A stretch of DNA of 64,000 nt from Promethearchaeota archaeon. GTDB taxonomy: Archaea > Asgardarchaeota > Lokiarchaeia > Sigyniarchaeales > SOKP01. Below are positions 38,371 to 47,496 of this stretch, in pieces. The position numbers and the translations under genes are program-made. The stretch lies in NCBI GenBank assembly GCA_048938895.1, contig JBHLLU010000012.1:8642-72641 (forward strand). Direction: 5' to 3'. The notes under the pieces were generated by a model. The model was not told the origin of the DNA and did not search any database. It saw only the letters and a program-made list of their open reading frames with translations. Position 1 is the stretch's first letter. Every line of letters begins with the position of its first letter.

Positions 38371-39264
38371 ATGATTAATGGTTTTACAATTATTTTAGAA
38401 GAAGATATTCTTTATTGCTCAAATCAAAAAAAATATAACTCTTTTGAAGTAATCCTTTTTTTAGAAAAGTTATTACGTAGCATCAATCCTAGAAATACTT
38501 GGCGTTTGAAAAAAATATGTTTAAAAGATGGAAAAGTAGGAAGGGAAAGAATAATTGTAAAGCATATTGTAACAAAAAAATACCAGAACTTATTCTTTTG
38601 CGTAATAGGTAATTTTGATGTAGGATCTAGGGAGACTTTTAAGATCGTGAATGAATTTAGTAAACAGGTTAATAAATATTATAAAAACTTAGCTAAGTTA
38701 AAAAAGGCTTCAGAGGAACCTACATTTAATGATGTTATAACACTCATAGTTAATTATTTAGAGGATAAATATATTGAACCTTTGGAAGAAGAAATTATTT
38801 TTGATGAAGATGAAAATGACGTGAATAATAATATTCTATATGCAGGTATATCATCTCAAGGACTGCCTATAATTTCTCAACTTTTTGATACAAACCTTCT
38901 TATGAACCTAGTCAAAGAAAAAACAAATGAAAATATTGAGCTTTTCACATCAGATCTTTCTGCTAAATTGGAAACAATTTCTATGAATACTCAAATTCGG
39001 GCTAAGACAAAGATAAAAGAAATTCACTTTGTTGATACTGAAGACTCTAACAATAAAATGATAATTTTATATGGAAATATTAATGGTTATTCATTAGATT
39101 TTATTGCTTCTGGGAATTTTTACAAAATTAAAGATATCTTCAAGCAGTTTAAAGCCAAAATGATAATGGAAGATATTTTTCAAAAGGAATTTGCAGGTGA
39201 TCTAAAGCCGTACATTCATTTAAAACGACATGTTAATGAAATTATTAAGGAATTTGATGAATAA
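38371..39264 (+). CDS. Asgard hypothetical protein, tandem longin/roadblock-like domains
   Basis: Alpha/beta pattern with LFFCVIG and ILYAGISSQGLPIIS...LFTSDLSAKLETI. Confidence 0.45.
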   Translation: MINGFTIILEEDILYCSNQKKYNSFEVILFLEKLLRSINPRNTWRLKKICLKDGKVGRERIIVKHIVTKKYQNLFFCVIGNFDVGSRETFKIVNEFSKQVNKYYKNLAKLKKASEEPTFNDVITLIVNYLEDKYIEPLEEEIIFDEDENDVNNNILYAGISSQGLPIISQLFDTNLLMNLVKEKTNENIELFTSDLSAKLETISMNTQIRAKTKIKEIHFVDTEDSNNKMIILYGNINGYSLDFIASGNFYKIKDIFKQFKAKMIMEDIFQKEFAGDLKPYIHLKRHVNEIIKEFDE

Positions 39265-39291
39265 ATTACATAAATAAATTAAATTTTACCT

Positions 39292-40584
39292 ATGAAAGCA
39301 GTCATATTAGCTGCAGGTGAGGGGAATAGGTTAAGACCCATAACAGCTTCAAAACCAAAACCCATGATCCCTCTACTTGGAAAGCCCCTCTTGGAACATA
39401 GTATTTTCGGGTTAAAAAAAGCGGGAATTGAACAAATAATCCTAATTGTCGGGTATAAAGAAGAAATTATTAAAAACTATTTTAACAGTTTTTATAAGGA
39501 TTATAATACAGAAATCGAATATATAACTCAAAAAGAATACTGTGGGACTGCTCATGCCACATTTCAAGCGAGAAAATCTATTAAAAATGAACCTTTTCTA
39601 ATGATGAACGGAGATTTATATGTTGATTCAGTAGTGTTAAAAAACCTAATCCAAGAATATAAAAAAAATCAGAATGAGTCTTTTATCACTTTATTGGAAA
39701 TGGATAATCCTGAGAATTATGGTGTTATTTCATTGAATTCTGATGGTTTTGTAAAAAAAATAACAGAAAAACCATCCCCAGGCTCTGGATTGGGAAATCT
39801 AGCTAATGCAGGAATATATATATTTGACCCACTGATATTTAAAGCAATTGAGAAAACAGAAAAATCAATACGTAATGAATATGAAATAACGGATTCAATA
39901 GAGATTGCAATTAATGAATTAGGGTTAAAAATGAGGGGTTTCATTCTCAAAAATTATTATTGGAATGATATTGGGCTTCCGTGGCAACTATTTGAAGTTA
40001 ATAAGTATATTTTAGACAATTTAGAATCAATGAATAAAGGTATCATTGAAGAAAACGTAGTAATTAAAGGAACTGTCCAAATCGGGAAAGATACAATTAT
40101 AAAATCTGGATCATATATCCAAGGTCCTTGTTATATCGGTAATAACTGTCTTATAGGACCAAACGCGTTCATTCGACCATACACATCAATAAATGATAAT
40201 TGCCATATTGGAATGAGTGAAATTAAAAATTCTTTAGTTTTTTCAGGCTCAGCTATTCCACATTTCAATTATGTTGGAGACTCGATTATATGTGAAGGAG
40301 TTAATCTTGGTGCTGGTACAAAACTATCAAACTTACGATTTGATAATCAAACCATAAAAATGAATATAAATGGAAATCAAATTGATTCTAAACTTAGAAA
40401 GTTGGGGGCAATTTTAGGTCCGAATTCTCAAACAGGAATAAATGCAAGTATAATGTGTGGAAAGATCATTGGTAATGATTCTATTATTGGAGCGCATACA
40501 ATAGTAAATGAAAATGTTCCACCAAATTCAATTTATTATCTAGATTCTAGTGGAAAGGTAATAAAAAAAACCAAGAATTCTTGA
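39292..40584 (+). CDS. glmU: bifunctional sugar-1-phosphate nucleotidylyltransferase/acetyltransferase (archaeal GlmU)
   Basis: LAAGEGNRLRP, GTAHA, EKP, YEITD, EIKNS, HFNYVGDS, NLGAGT..NLRFD and RKLGA motifs. Confidence 0.9.
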   Translation: MKAVILAAGEGNRLRPITASKPKPMIPLLGKPLLEHSIFGLKKAGIEQIILIVGYKEEIIKNYFNSFYKDYNTEIEYITQKEYCGTAHATFQARKSIKNEPFLMMNGDLYVDSVVLKNLIQEYKKNQNESFITLLEMDNPENYGVISLNSDGFVKKITEKPSPGSGLGNLANAGIYIFDPLIFKAIEKTEKSIRNEYEITDSIEIAINELGLKMRGFILKNYYWNDIGLPWQLFEVNKYILDNLESMNKGIIEENVVIKGTVQIGKDTIIKSGSYIQGPCYIGNNCLIGPNAFIRPYTSINDNCHIGMSEIKNSLVFSGSAIPHFNYVGDSIICEGVNLGAGTKLSNLRFDNQTIKMNINGNQIDSKLRKLGAILGPNSQTGINASIMCGKIIGNDSIIGAHTIVNENVPPNSIYYLDSSGKVIKKTKNS

Positions 40585-40610
40585 AACCATAGTTTATTAG
40601 ATTGTTATAT

Positions 40611-42323
40611 TCACTTGTTTTTTTTAAGTTTTCGTAATAATTTAGAAAAATTTAAATCTTCTCCCTGATAATCAAGTTCCCTAAGTGCTTGTTCTTGATA
40701 AGCAATGAAGAGTTTAGTAGAAAAATTTTCCCAATCACGACATATTGCTAGGGTTTCCGAATCATTTCTCAAAAGACTATCATGAGACATAATTCTGGTG
40801 AAATCTGTTACATATTCCTCGATTTGATCTGAATTTGCTCCTTTAAGTAAATCTCTACAAAAATCTTCCATTGGATACCAATCTCTCACTCTTGAAAGAT
40901 CTCGGTGAATTTGTGTGAGGAGAACGTTTCTTGGGCCCTCCCATAGTTCCATTATCATGGAATCACGATGTAATCGTGGAAGAGCTAAGAAGTCTTCCAT
41001 AATTCCATGACCACCAAAAAATGAGATTGCTTTACGTATCATGGCTGGAGTCTCATCGGCAACGACTATTTTCTGCAACATTACAAGTTCCATTAATCTG
41101 AAACGTCGTTTACGTTCTTCGAGATCATCAATTTTTTCTAATTCTCTAATTCCGCTGATAAGTTCTTCATTAAAATGAATATATTCTGAATATATTTTAA
41201 ACGCTCCTGCTGAACTTCTTTTAGAGAAGTATTCTAAATCATTTATTTGATTTTTCATTAATGGAAATGAGGATATTGGAACACCAAAAGCAGTTCGAAA
41301 TTGTGAATATAGGATTGCCTCTCGTGCAACGCGCAAAGCACCTGAAGCCATTCCAAAGGCTACATGTAGCCTAGAGAGTGAAAGAACAATTCCGACTATA
41401 TCAGATAAACCCTTTTCAAGAGGTCCTATTGGATATGCAACGGCGCCATTATACGTAATTTCAGCTGTCGGTAATTCTGCAGTCCCTAATTTTTGTTTCA
41501 ACCTATCAATTGTAAAAGAATTTCTTTTTTCTTTACTTTTATCTCCAGGAAGCCATGAAGGAACAATAAAAGCAGCAATTTTCGTGGAAGATTCTACACC
41601 TTTTGGTTTGGCAGTAACTACCGCATAATCTGCGTGAGTTGCAGAACAAAAAAATTTTTGTCCATAAATTCTCCAACAATCTGAGATTCCATCAGGTCCC
41701 TCTTCATTTTCAAAAACTGCTTCAACTAAATTAGAAGGGACATCACTTCCTCCTTGAATTTCAGTTACAAACTGAGCACCTCTAGCATATTCTCCTTTTT
41801 TCCCATCTCTTAGATGAGTGAGAATCTCAACTGCTTCTGGCTCTAAGGATTTTTCGTATTTTTGCATAAGTTCAACAGCTCCATGTGAACATGCCACAGG
41901 GCACATAACACCAGATTCTCCATTCTCATATAATAAGAACATCTTTACAAATCTACTCCAAGGAGTATTCCTAGCTGGATCGAAGAGACCTAAGCTAAAA
42001 ATTTCCTGTTCTAATATCTCTGTTTCCAAACAACGCTCAATTCTATCTATTCTATGATTATAAGCATCGAAATGTTTAAGTTTTGTAACTTTTATCCTGT
42101 TTTCCAATTCATTTGCTTTATCTGCAAGATTTCTAAATCTATAAGAAACATAATCTGATAATGCTTTTAGATCCCTATCGATTTTCTCAAACTCTTCACC
42201 AGTATATTTTTTTACTAGAGCTTGAAAAAATCCATCATCAGTGTAGTAATTAAATTTATCTCTTACAAACAAATAATCGTCAAAGTTATAAGAATTATCA
42301 CGATTTCCTTCTTGATTTGACAT
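40611..42323 (-). CDS. acyl-CoA dehydrogenase family protein (AidB-like)
   Basis: CPVAC, TEIQGGSDV, GQKFFCS, RLKQKLGT..PTAEI, GGHG and LWEG motifs. Confidence 0.88.
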   Translation of the reverse strand: MSNQEGNRDNSYNFDDYLFVRDKFNYYTDDGFFQALVKKYTGEEFEKIDRDLKALSDYVSYRFRNLADKANELENRIKVTKLKHFDAYNHRIDRIERCLETEILEQEIFSLGLFDPARNTPWSRFVKMFLLYENGESGVMCPVACSHGAVELMQKYEKSLEPEAVEILTHLRDGKKGEYARGAQFVTEIQGGSDVPSNLVEAVFENEEGPDGISDCWRIYGQKFFCSATHADYAVVTAKPKGVESSTKIAAFIVPSWLPGDKSKEKRNSFTIDRLKQKLGTAELPTAEITYNGAVAYPIGPLEKGLSDIVGIVLSLSRLHVAFGMASGALRVAREAILYSQFRTAFGVPISSFPLMKNQINDLEYFSKRSSAGAFKIYSEYIHFNEELISGIRELEKIDDLEERKRRFRLMELVMLQKIVVADETPAMIRKAISFFGGHGIMEDFLALPRLHRDSMIMELWEGPRNVLLTQIHRDLSRVRDWYPMEDFCRDLLKGANSDQIEEYVTDFTRIMSHDSLLRNDSETLAICRDWENFSTKLFIAYQEQALRELDYQGEDLNFSKLLRKLKKNK

Positions 42324-42430
42324 ATACTCAAACCCTCTCTATTTTTAGGATTATAAAAATTATAGTCTAGAATTAATATTTAAATATAATGAATATACAG
42401 AGATAAGGGATAAAAGCAAAACCTCATAAA

Positions 42431-43219
42431 TTAGGAAATATCATCCTCTGATTCATCCTCATCTTGGTCTGAAGAAGTTGCAGTAGCCTTGGTTTGAGCT
42501 TGAGCAAGTTTTTTCACGTTTATTCGTTCAGACCTTCTTATTTCTGATTTACGGGATCGTTGTACTTCAACTTCTACAATATCAAATTGATCATCTGGGA
42601 TTATTTTATCTTCACCACCCTCCGGTACAGTTATTAACTTGCTTTTAACAACGACGCAATTTGTCAAAGGATAAATAGTTTTTGCTACTCTTTGAATTTG
42701 ATTTTGAAACTCTCCATAGATCATCCCTGCTATAAATTTCTCATGATTAAGAGATTTAGCAAATTCAAGGAGTATTTCTCTCATAATTTTCCGAATTAAG
42801 ACAATTTGTGAATTTCTTGCTCTTTTTAAAGTTGTACAGATTGTAGTTAATCGAAAAATATATCCATCTTTGGTGGTTAAGTTTAAAATTGTTTGTATTT
42901 TTGAACTTCCTCTCCCAATTAAAGAACGAATGAAATCATTTGTATATTCATGACCGATAAAAATAGTATTACATTTATTTGCCTCATTATTGACTTCATT
43001 TACTTGAAATATTAACTTTAAACTTATATCAGAATATTTTTGTGTGAAATCATAAAGAAGTGTTTCAATAGTCCTTCCCATTATATTGTCTTCAATACCT
43101 ATTATCTCCCCAATTGGCTTAAAATTAAAAATTTTGGGAGTAATTATTTCAAACCATGATTTATCTTTAAAAGATACTTTTTTTACTTTTGGCTTCTTTT
43201 TTCTTGCTCTCGAACTCAC
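42431..43219 (-). CDS. rps3ae: 30S ribosomal protein S3ae (eS1)
   Basis: KSWFEIITP..F, GRTIET.L.D, GHEYT.DFIRSL, TKDGY and IYPL; GAGGA SD before the GTG start. Confidence 0.93.
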   Translation of the reverse strand: MSSRARKKKPKVKKVSFKDKSWFEIITPKIFNFKPIGEIIGIEDNIMGRTIETLLYDFTQKYSDISLKLIFQVNEVNNEANKCNTIFIGHEYTNDFIRSLIGRGSSKIQTILNLTTKDGYIFRLTTICTTLKRARNSQIVLIRKIMREILLEFAKSLNHEKFIAGMIYGEFQNQIQRVAKTIYPLTNCVVVKSKLITVPEGGEDKIIPDDQFDIVEVEVQRSRKSEIRRSERINVKKLAQAQTKATATSSDQDEDESEDDIS

Positions 43220-43232
43220 TTTTTATCCTCCT

Positions 43233-43691
43233 TTATCGAGCAACTAAAGTCCTAATTTTGTCAGGATCATATCTAAAATCAGGAGTTAATATTTTCTTCT
43301 TTTTATAGTATTTAATTAACCGATATATTTTAGATTCAGTTCGATTTAGACCTTTTTTAGCTTCCAAGTCTTTATGGTTGTTTTCTAGATGTTTTCGAAT
43401 ATTTAATGCTTTTCTGACTAAATTAGCTAAATCTTCTGGAAGCGGATCCTTAATCTCGTTAGATTCAAGAATTTGACTAATTCTTTTACCCGTTACCACT
43501 TTGACCAGTGGTACACCCCGAGAATCTCTCATAATAGTCCCTATCATCGATTTTGAATGACCTCTTCTAGCTAGTTTAACAACCTCATTCTCAACTTCGT
43601 CAGGCGATAATTCAACCCATACTGGTTTCTCTAATCTTGCAGGACGTGTACTACCTGCTTGACCTTTCTTACGAGAGTGCATCCGAGCTAT
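43233..43691 (-). CDS. rps15: 30S ribosomal protein S15 (uS15); probable ATA start at 43691
   Basis: (M)ARMHSRKKG.AGS.RP, IG.I.RD..G, LPEDL, H..NHKD and ESKIYRL..YYK motifs. Confidence 0.95.
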   Translation of the reverse strand: MARMHSRKKGQAGSTRPARLEKPVWVELSPDEVENEVVKLARRGHSKSMIGTIMRDSRGVPLVKVVTGKRISQILESNEIKDPLPEDLANLVRKALNIRKHLENNHKDLEAKKGLNRTESKIYRLIKYYKKKKILTPDFRYDPDKIRTLVAR

Positions 43692-43906
43692 CTTGAACAC
43701 CTTTTTGTAAATTCTTGTATACTTTACAGAATTTTAGATTAATATTATACCATAAATAAAGAAATATACAAAATAAAGTTTTGGATAAAGCTGTGGAACA
43801 ATACTAAAAAAAATACTTATTATTATAGAAATTTTCATCCAATAAAATTAAAACCAAATATAGTGTGTTGAAAAATAACTAAAAACACAGCTTAATTATA
43901 ATTATT

Positions 43907-44494
43907 ATGAACGATGAGGAAAACATCATTCATTTTATTACTGGTAATCGAAATAAATTTTTAGAAATATCTGATATCTTTAAAAATAGGAATATAAAAT
44001 TTGATCTAGTACAAAATACAATCGAAACAATAGAAATTCAGGCAAATAGTCTGAAGGAAGTGGCACTATATAAATTAAACAGCGTTAAAACCAAAATAAA
44101 TGAATCCTTATTCGTAGAAGATGCTGGCTTTTTTGTGGATATCCCCCTTGATGGATTTCCGGGTATATATTCATCTTATGTATTACATACTATTGGAAAT
44201 GAGGGAATCCTTAAATTAATTAATAACTTTGATAAATCGATTGCTCATTTTTCGGCTATTATCGCTTTTTACTTTAAACCTCTGGGACAAACAATATTAT
44301 TTGAAGGAACTGTTGAAGGAAGAGTTTCAAAAAAAATGAGAGGGAAGGGAGGATTTGGATTTGATCCTATTTTCATCCCGAATAGTATTCCGAATAAAAC
44401 TTTTGCTGAATTACCAAGGAGTGAAAAGAATAAGATTTCTCATAGAGGTCAGGCAATTAAAAAGCTGTTAGATTATTTAGAACGCAATACTTAG
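43907..44494 (+). CDS. rdgB: non-canonical purine NTP pyrophosphatase (RdgB/HAM1)
   Basis: TGN.NK, EDAG, GFPG.YS, GFGFDPIF, TFAE and KN.ISHRG motifs. Confidence 0.93.
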   Translation: MNDEENIIHFITGNRNKFLEISDIFKNRNIKFDLVQNTIETIEIQANSLKEVALYKLNSVKTKINESLFVEDAGFFVDIPLDGFPGIYSSYVLHTIGNEGILKLINNFDKSIAHFSAIIAFYFKPLGQTILFEGTVEGRVSKKMRGKGGFGFDPIFIPNSIPNKTFAELPRSEKNKISHRGQAIKKLLDYLERNT

Positions 44495-47463
44495 AATGTT
44501 TGTCGAAAGATATCCATTATCGTTTGTCTAGATAATTTTATTAAAATTAAGTAAGTACCAAGAAATCCTACTGAAATTGAAATTATAAACACTCTTAATA
44601 ATGTATCTGTCGGTATTTTAAATATTACAGGCATTTCAGTCATCAATGCCATATTGGTTTCTAATAGATAACCTGTATATGTTCCAATAATAGTTCCCAA
44701 AATGGCTGAACTAAGCAATATGATTAAACTTTCAATTAAAAACATATTTCTTACATTTCTTACTTTCATTCCCATAGATCGTAATATACCAATCTCGAAT
44801 TTTCTTTCCAACATAATTGCATACATATTACTCACTAATCCAAATATACTTATCATTATTGTGAATGAGAGAATCAGTTCCATCAAAAAACTTTGTCTTT
44901 CTGTCATCTCTTCCATAAAATTAATTTTAGAAATTGCATCATCAATAATGATATCCTTATCTTGATACATTAATCTTATATCTTCTTTTGTTTCCTTGAT
45001 ATTCTCTTCTGATTTTTCAACTAAATTGATAAAAACTTTATCTACAATCATATTAGGTTCTCCTGGGTTCTCAATTTTCATCAAATTCATATAATTGTCC
45101 AATGAAACCATCACTCCTCCTCCTTCGGCTGAGACTTCATTGCTTCTAAAGTTAAAAAATCCAGGAATACCTCCGGAAATGCCTACTACTGTAAGGTTAT
45201 AGGGTTTTCCACTATCATTACTAATCGAAGGATCATAAAAAGTTATTCGAATTTTTTGTCCAACTTCTTTAATTCCGAGATAACTGGCAATCGATTTTGC
45301 TATAATGCATGTGTCATTTTCAGTAAATAATCTATTAAAAGAATAACTAGTACTACTTTCTTCACTCTTCCAAATTAGTAAGTCTTTATTAATCAATTCA
45401 ACAAAATCTTCATTAACACCTATAAATCCAGCCTCTACAACATCAAAATCCATCAAATCACCTGCTGTCGTTCGCATTTTTATTTCCTCTTGAGCAGCAT
45501 AGAACTCAAAAAGGTCCATCAAGATTTCTTCTGAACCGCCTGCAGTAAAACCTACCTGACCTTCGCTTATATCAAATACTGCTGCTAACGTTGCCTGTAA
45601 ATCGAATGTATTATGAAGTGATATGGCAACATCATCAATACCTGGAAGTGTCTTGAGTTCCTCAACCATCTCCATTGTTAACGCACTTTCTTCATCATAT
45701 AATTCCTGATTTAATAATACTAAATCTGAACCATATTGGAATTTGAATGTTAAAGCCATATTCTCTGATTCCATTTTTGTAACACTTGTGATGAAAAATA
45801 TAAAGGAAAAACTAATAGCAAACATGATAACTGTGCTAGTATTACGTCGTCTATATCTTTTCAGAGATATACCTATTATATTTTTATATTTTTTTATAAA
45901 GGGAGATATAATTCCTAAGAACACTCTTTGTACTATAGGGATAATTCCAATTGAGGCAAAAACTAATCCAATCAATATAGCAGCCAATAATCCAACAAAT
46001 AAAGATGATGTTAATAAAAAATCTCCTGTAACAAAAATATTTGGAAGTAAAACAAAAACAATCATTCCAATAGTTGCTACTGCTATACCTACCAGAAAAC
46101 TTTTTATATTCATACTCCCCTCTTTTTTGATCTCCCAACCTTCTTCTTCTGCTTGGAATGGAGTTATAGATTTTATCAATTCTATCCTTGCTGTTTTAAG
46201 TGCAGGTAGTATAGCAACTACTAGTGAGACTATGGTACCAATAGCAAACGTCATATATATGGTTTGAGGACGTATCACCCAATCGACATCAGAAAAGGAA
46301 AACTCAAAATTATATAGTCTAAATAATCCTCGAGCAATTAGTCTAACCAATGAAATCCCAAGAATCATCCCAATGACCGATCCGATAAATCCTAAAATTA
46401 ATCCTTCAAACAAGACCATTTTTAAGGTATATAATTTTTTTCCACCTACAACTCGTACAATTCCAAACTCTCTCACTCGTTCTTCCACTGAAGTTGATAA
46501 TATGCTATTGATTAGTATAGCTGTAATAAGCATAGAAAGAATAGTAATAAACCAAAACATAATTGTGACTGTCATTAATAGGAATTCTCCACCCTCTAAT
46601 TCTTCTAACCTAGGAAGAGTAATAGTGTATTCATTTATATTCAATCTATCTTGAATTTTTGCACTTATTTTTCGTATTTTTCGTGTAGTTCGATCGATGT
46701 TTCTAGCATCATAAACACTTCTTGGATTCTTTAAAGTTCCTGCAATGAAATTAATTTGATTGTTCTTGTTTAGAAATGATTGTGCTTGCTGTAAATTAAC
46801 TAATATCAATGCATTTTCAAATTGCATAAATTTAAGATCTTGAACGCATATTTCTACTATTGTTAAGTTTAACTTTTCACTTTGATATTCAACATAAATC
46901 CTATCTCCTTTAGATACATTCAAAATCTCTGCTACATTCCATAATATAACACATTCACCAAAGTTAGGTTTATCATTATAAATTATACCTGTTTCCTCTC
47001 CAGATTCATCTGTGATTATTAAATCTCCAATATTACCATTGGTCGCTTCTTTCTCAAAATCAATTCCATAAAATTGGAGTGACCCACTTATATTTATATG
47101 ATCAGAAGAAGCTTTAACCAGCATCATTATACGTGGAAACAGTTCATCTACGCCTTCAATGTCATCTAGTTTGTTTTCTATCAAACTTTGATCAAAAAAA
47201 GGATTGAAGGTTAGGTCAGTTTGTATTGTTTTGGTAACGAGAATATCGGCTTTACCTGTTGTAGATGTAACATATAAAAGATAATTGTAATTTACAGTGT
47301 CATTTAGCATTCCTATGACTGTTAATAAAAACAGTGAGACTGCAATTCCGGATACACCGAAGATCGCTTTAGTTTTATCTCTCTTTAAATCTAGCCAAGA
47401 ATGCTTGAAAAATTGTAGATTTATACGTTTTTGTAACCTATATAAAAATATTTTTATATCCAT
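44491..47463 (-). CDS. ABC transporter permease with two FtsX/MacB units
   Basis: ERVREFGIVRVVG and ERKFEIGILRSMG motifs; two large extracytoplasmic domains. Confidence 0.88.
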   Translation of the reverse strand: MDIKIFLYRLQKRINLQFFKHSWLDLKRDKTKAIFGVSGIAVSLFLLTVIGMLNDTVNYNYLLYVTSTTGKADILVTKTIQTDLTFNPFFDQSLIENKLDDIEGVDELFPRIMMLVKASSDHINISGSLQFYGIDFEKEATNGNIGDLIITDESGEETGIIYNDKPNFGECVILWNVAEILNVSKGDRIYVEYQSEKLNLTIVEICVQDLKFMQFENALILVNLQQAQSFLNKNNQINFIAGTLKNPRSVYDARNIDRTTRKIRKISAKIQDRLNINEYTITLPRLEELEGGEFLLMTVTIMFWFITILSMLITAILINSILSTSVEERVREFGIVRVVGGKKLYTLKMVLFEGLILGFIGSVIGMILGISLVRLIARGLFRLYNFEFSFSDVDWVIRPQTIYMTFAIGTIVSLVVAILPALKTARIELIKSITPFQAEEEGWEIKKEGSMNIKSFLVGIAVATIGMIVFVLLPNIFVTGDFLLTSSLFVGLLAAILIGLVFASIGIIPIVQRVFLGIISPFIKKYKNIIGISLKRYRRRNTSTVIMFAISFSFIFFITSVTKMESENMALTFKFQYGSDLVLLNQELYDEESALTMEMVEELKTLPGIDDVAISLHNTFDLQATLAAVFDISEGQVGFTAGGSEEILMDLFEFYAAQEEIKMRTTAGDLMDFDVVEAGFIGVNEDFVELINKDLLIWKSEESSTSYSFNRLFTENDTCIIAKSIASYLGIKEVGQKIRITFYDPSISNDSGKPYNLTVVGISGGIPGFFNFRSNEVSAEGGGVMVSLDNYMNLMKIENPGEPNMIVDKVFINLVEKSEENIKETKEDIRLMYQDKDIIIDDAISKINFMEEMTERQSFLMELILSFTIMISIFGLVSNMYAIMLERKFEIGILRSMGMKVRNVRNMFLIESLIILLSSAILGTIIGTYTGYLLETNMALMTEMPVIFKIPTDTLLRVFIISISVGFLGTYLILIKLSRQTIMDIFRQTF

Positions 47464-47496
47464 ATAATTCTCACAGCTAAACGATCATTCTTCTAA

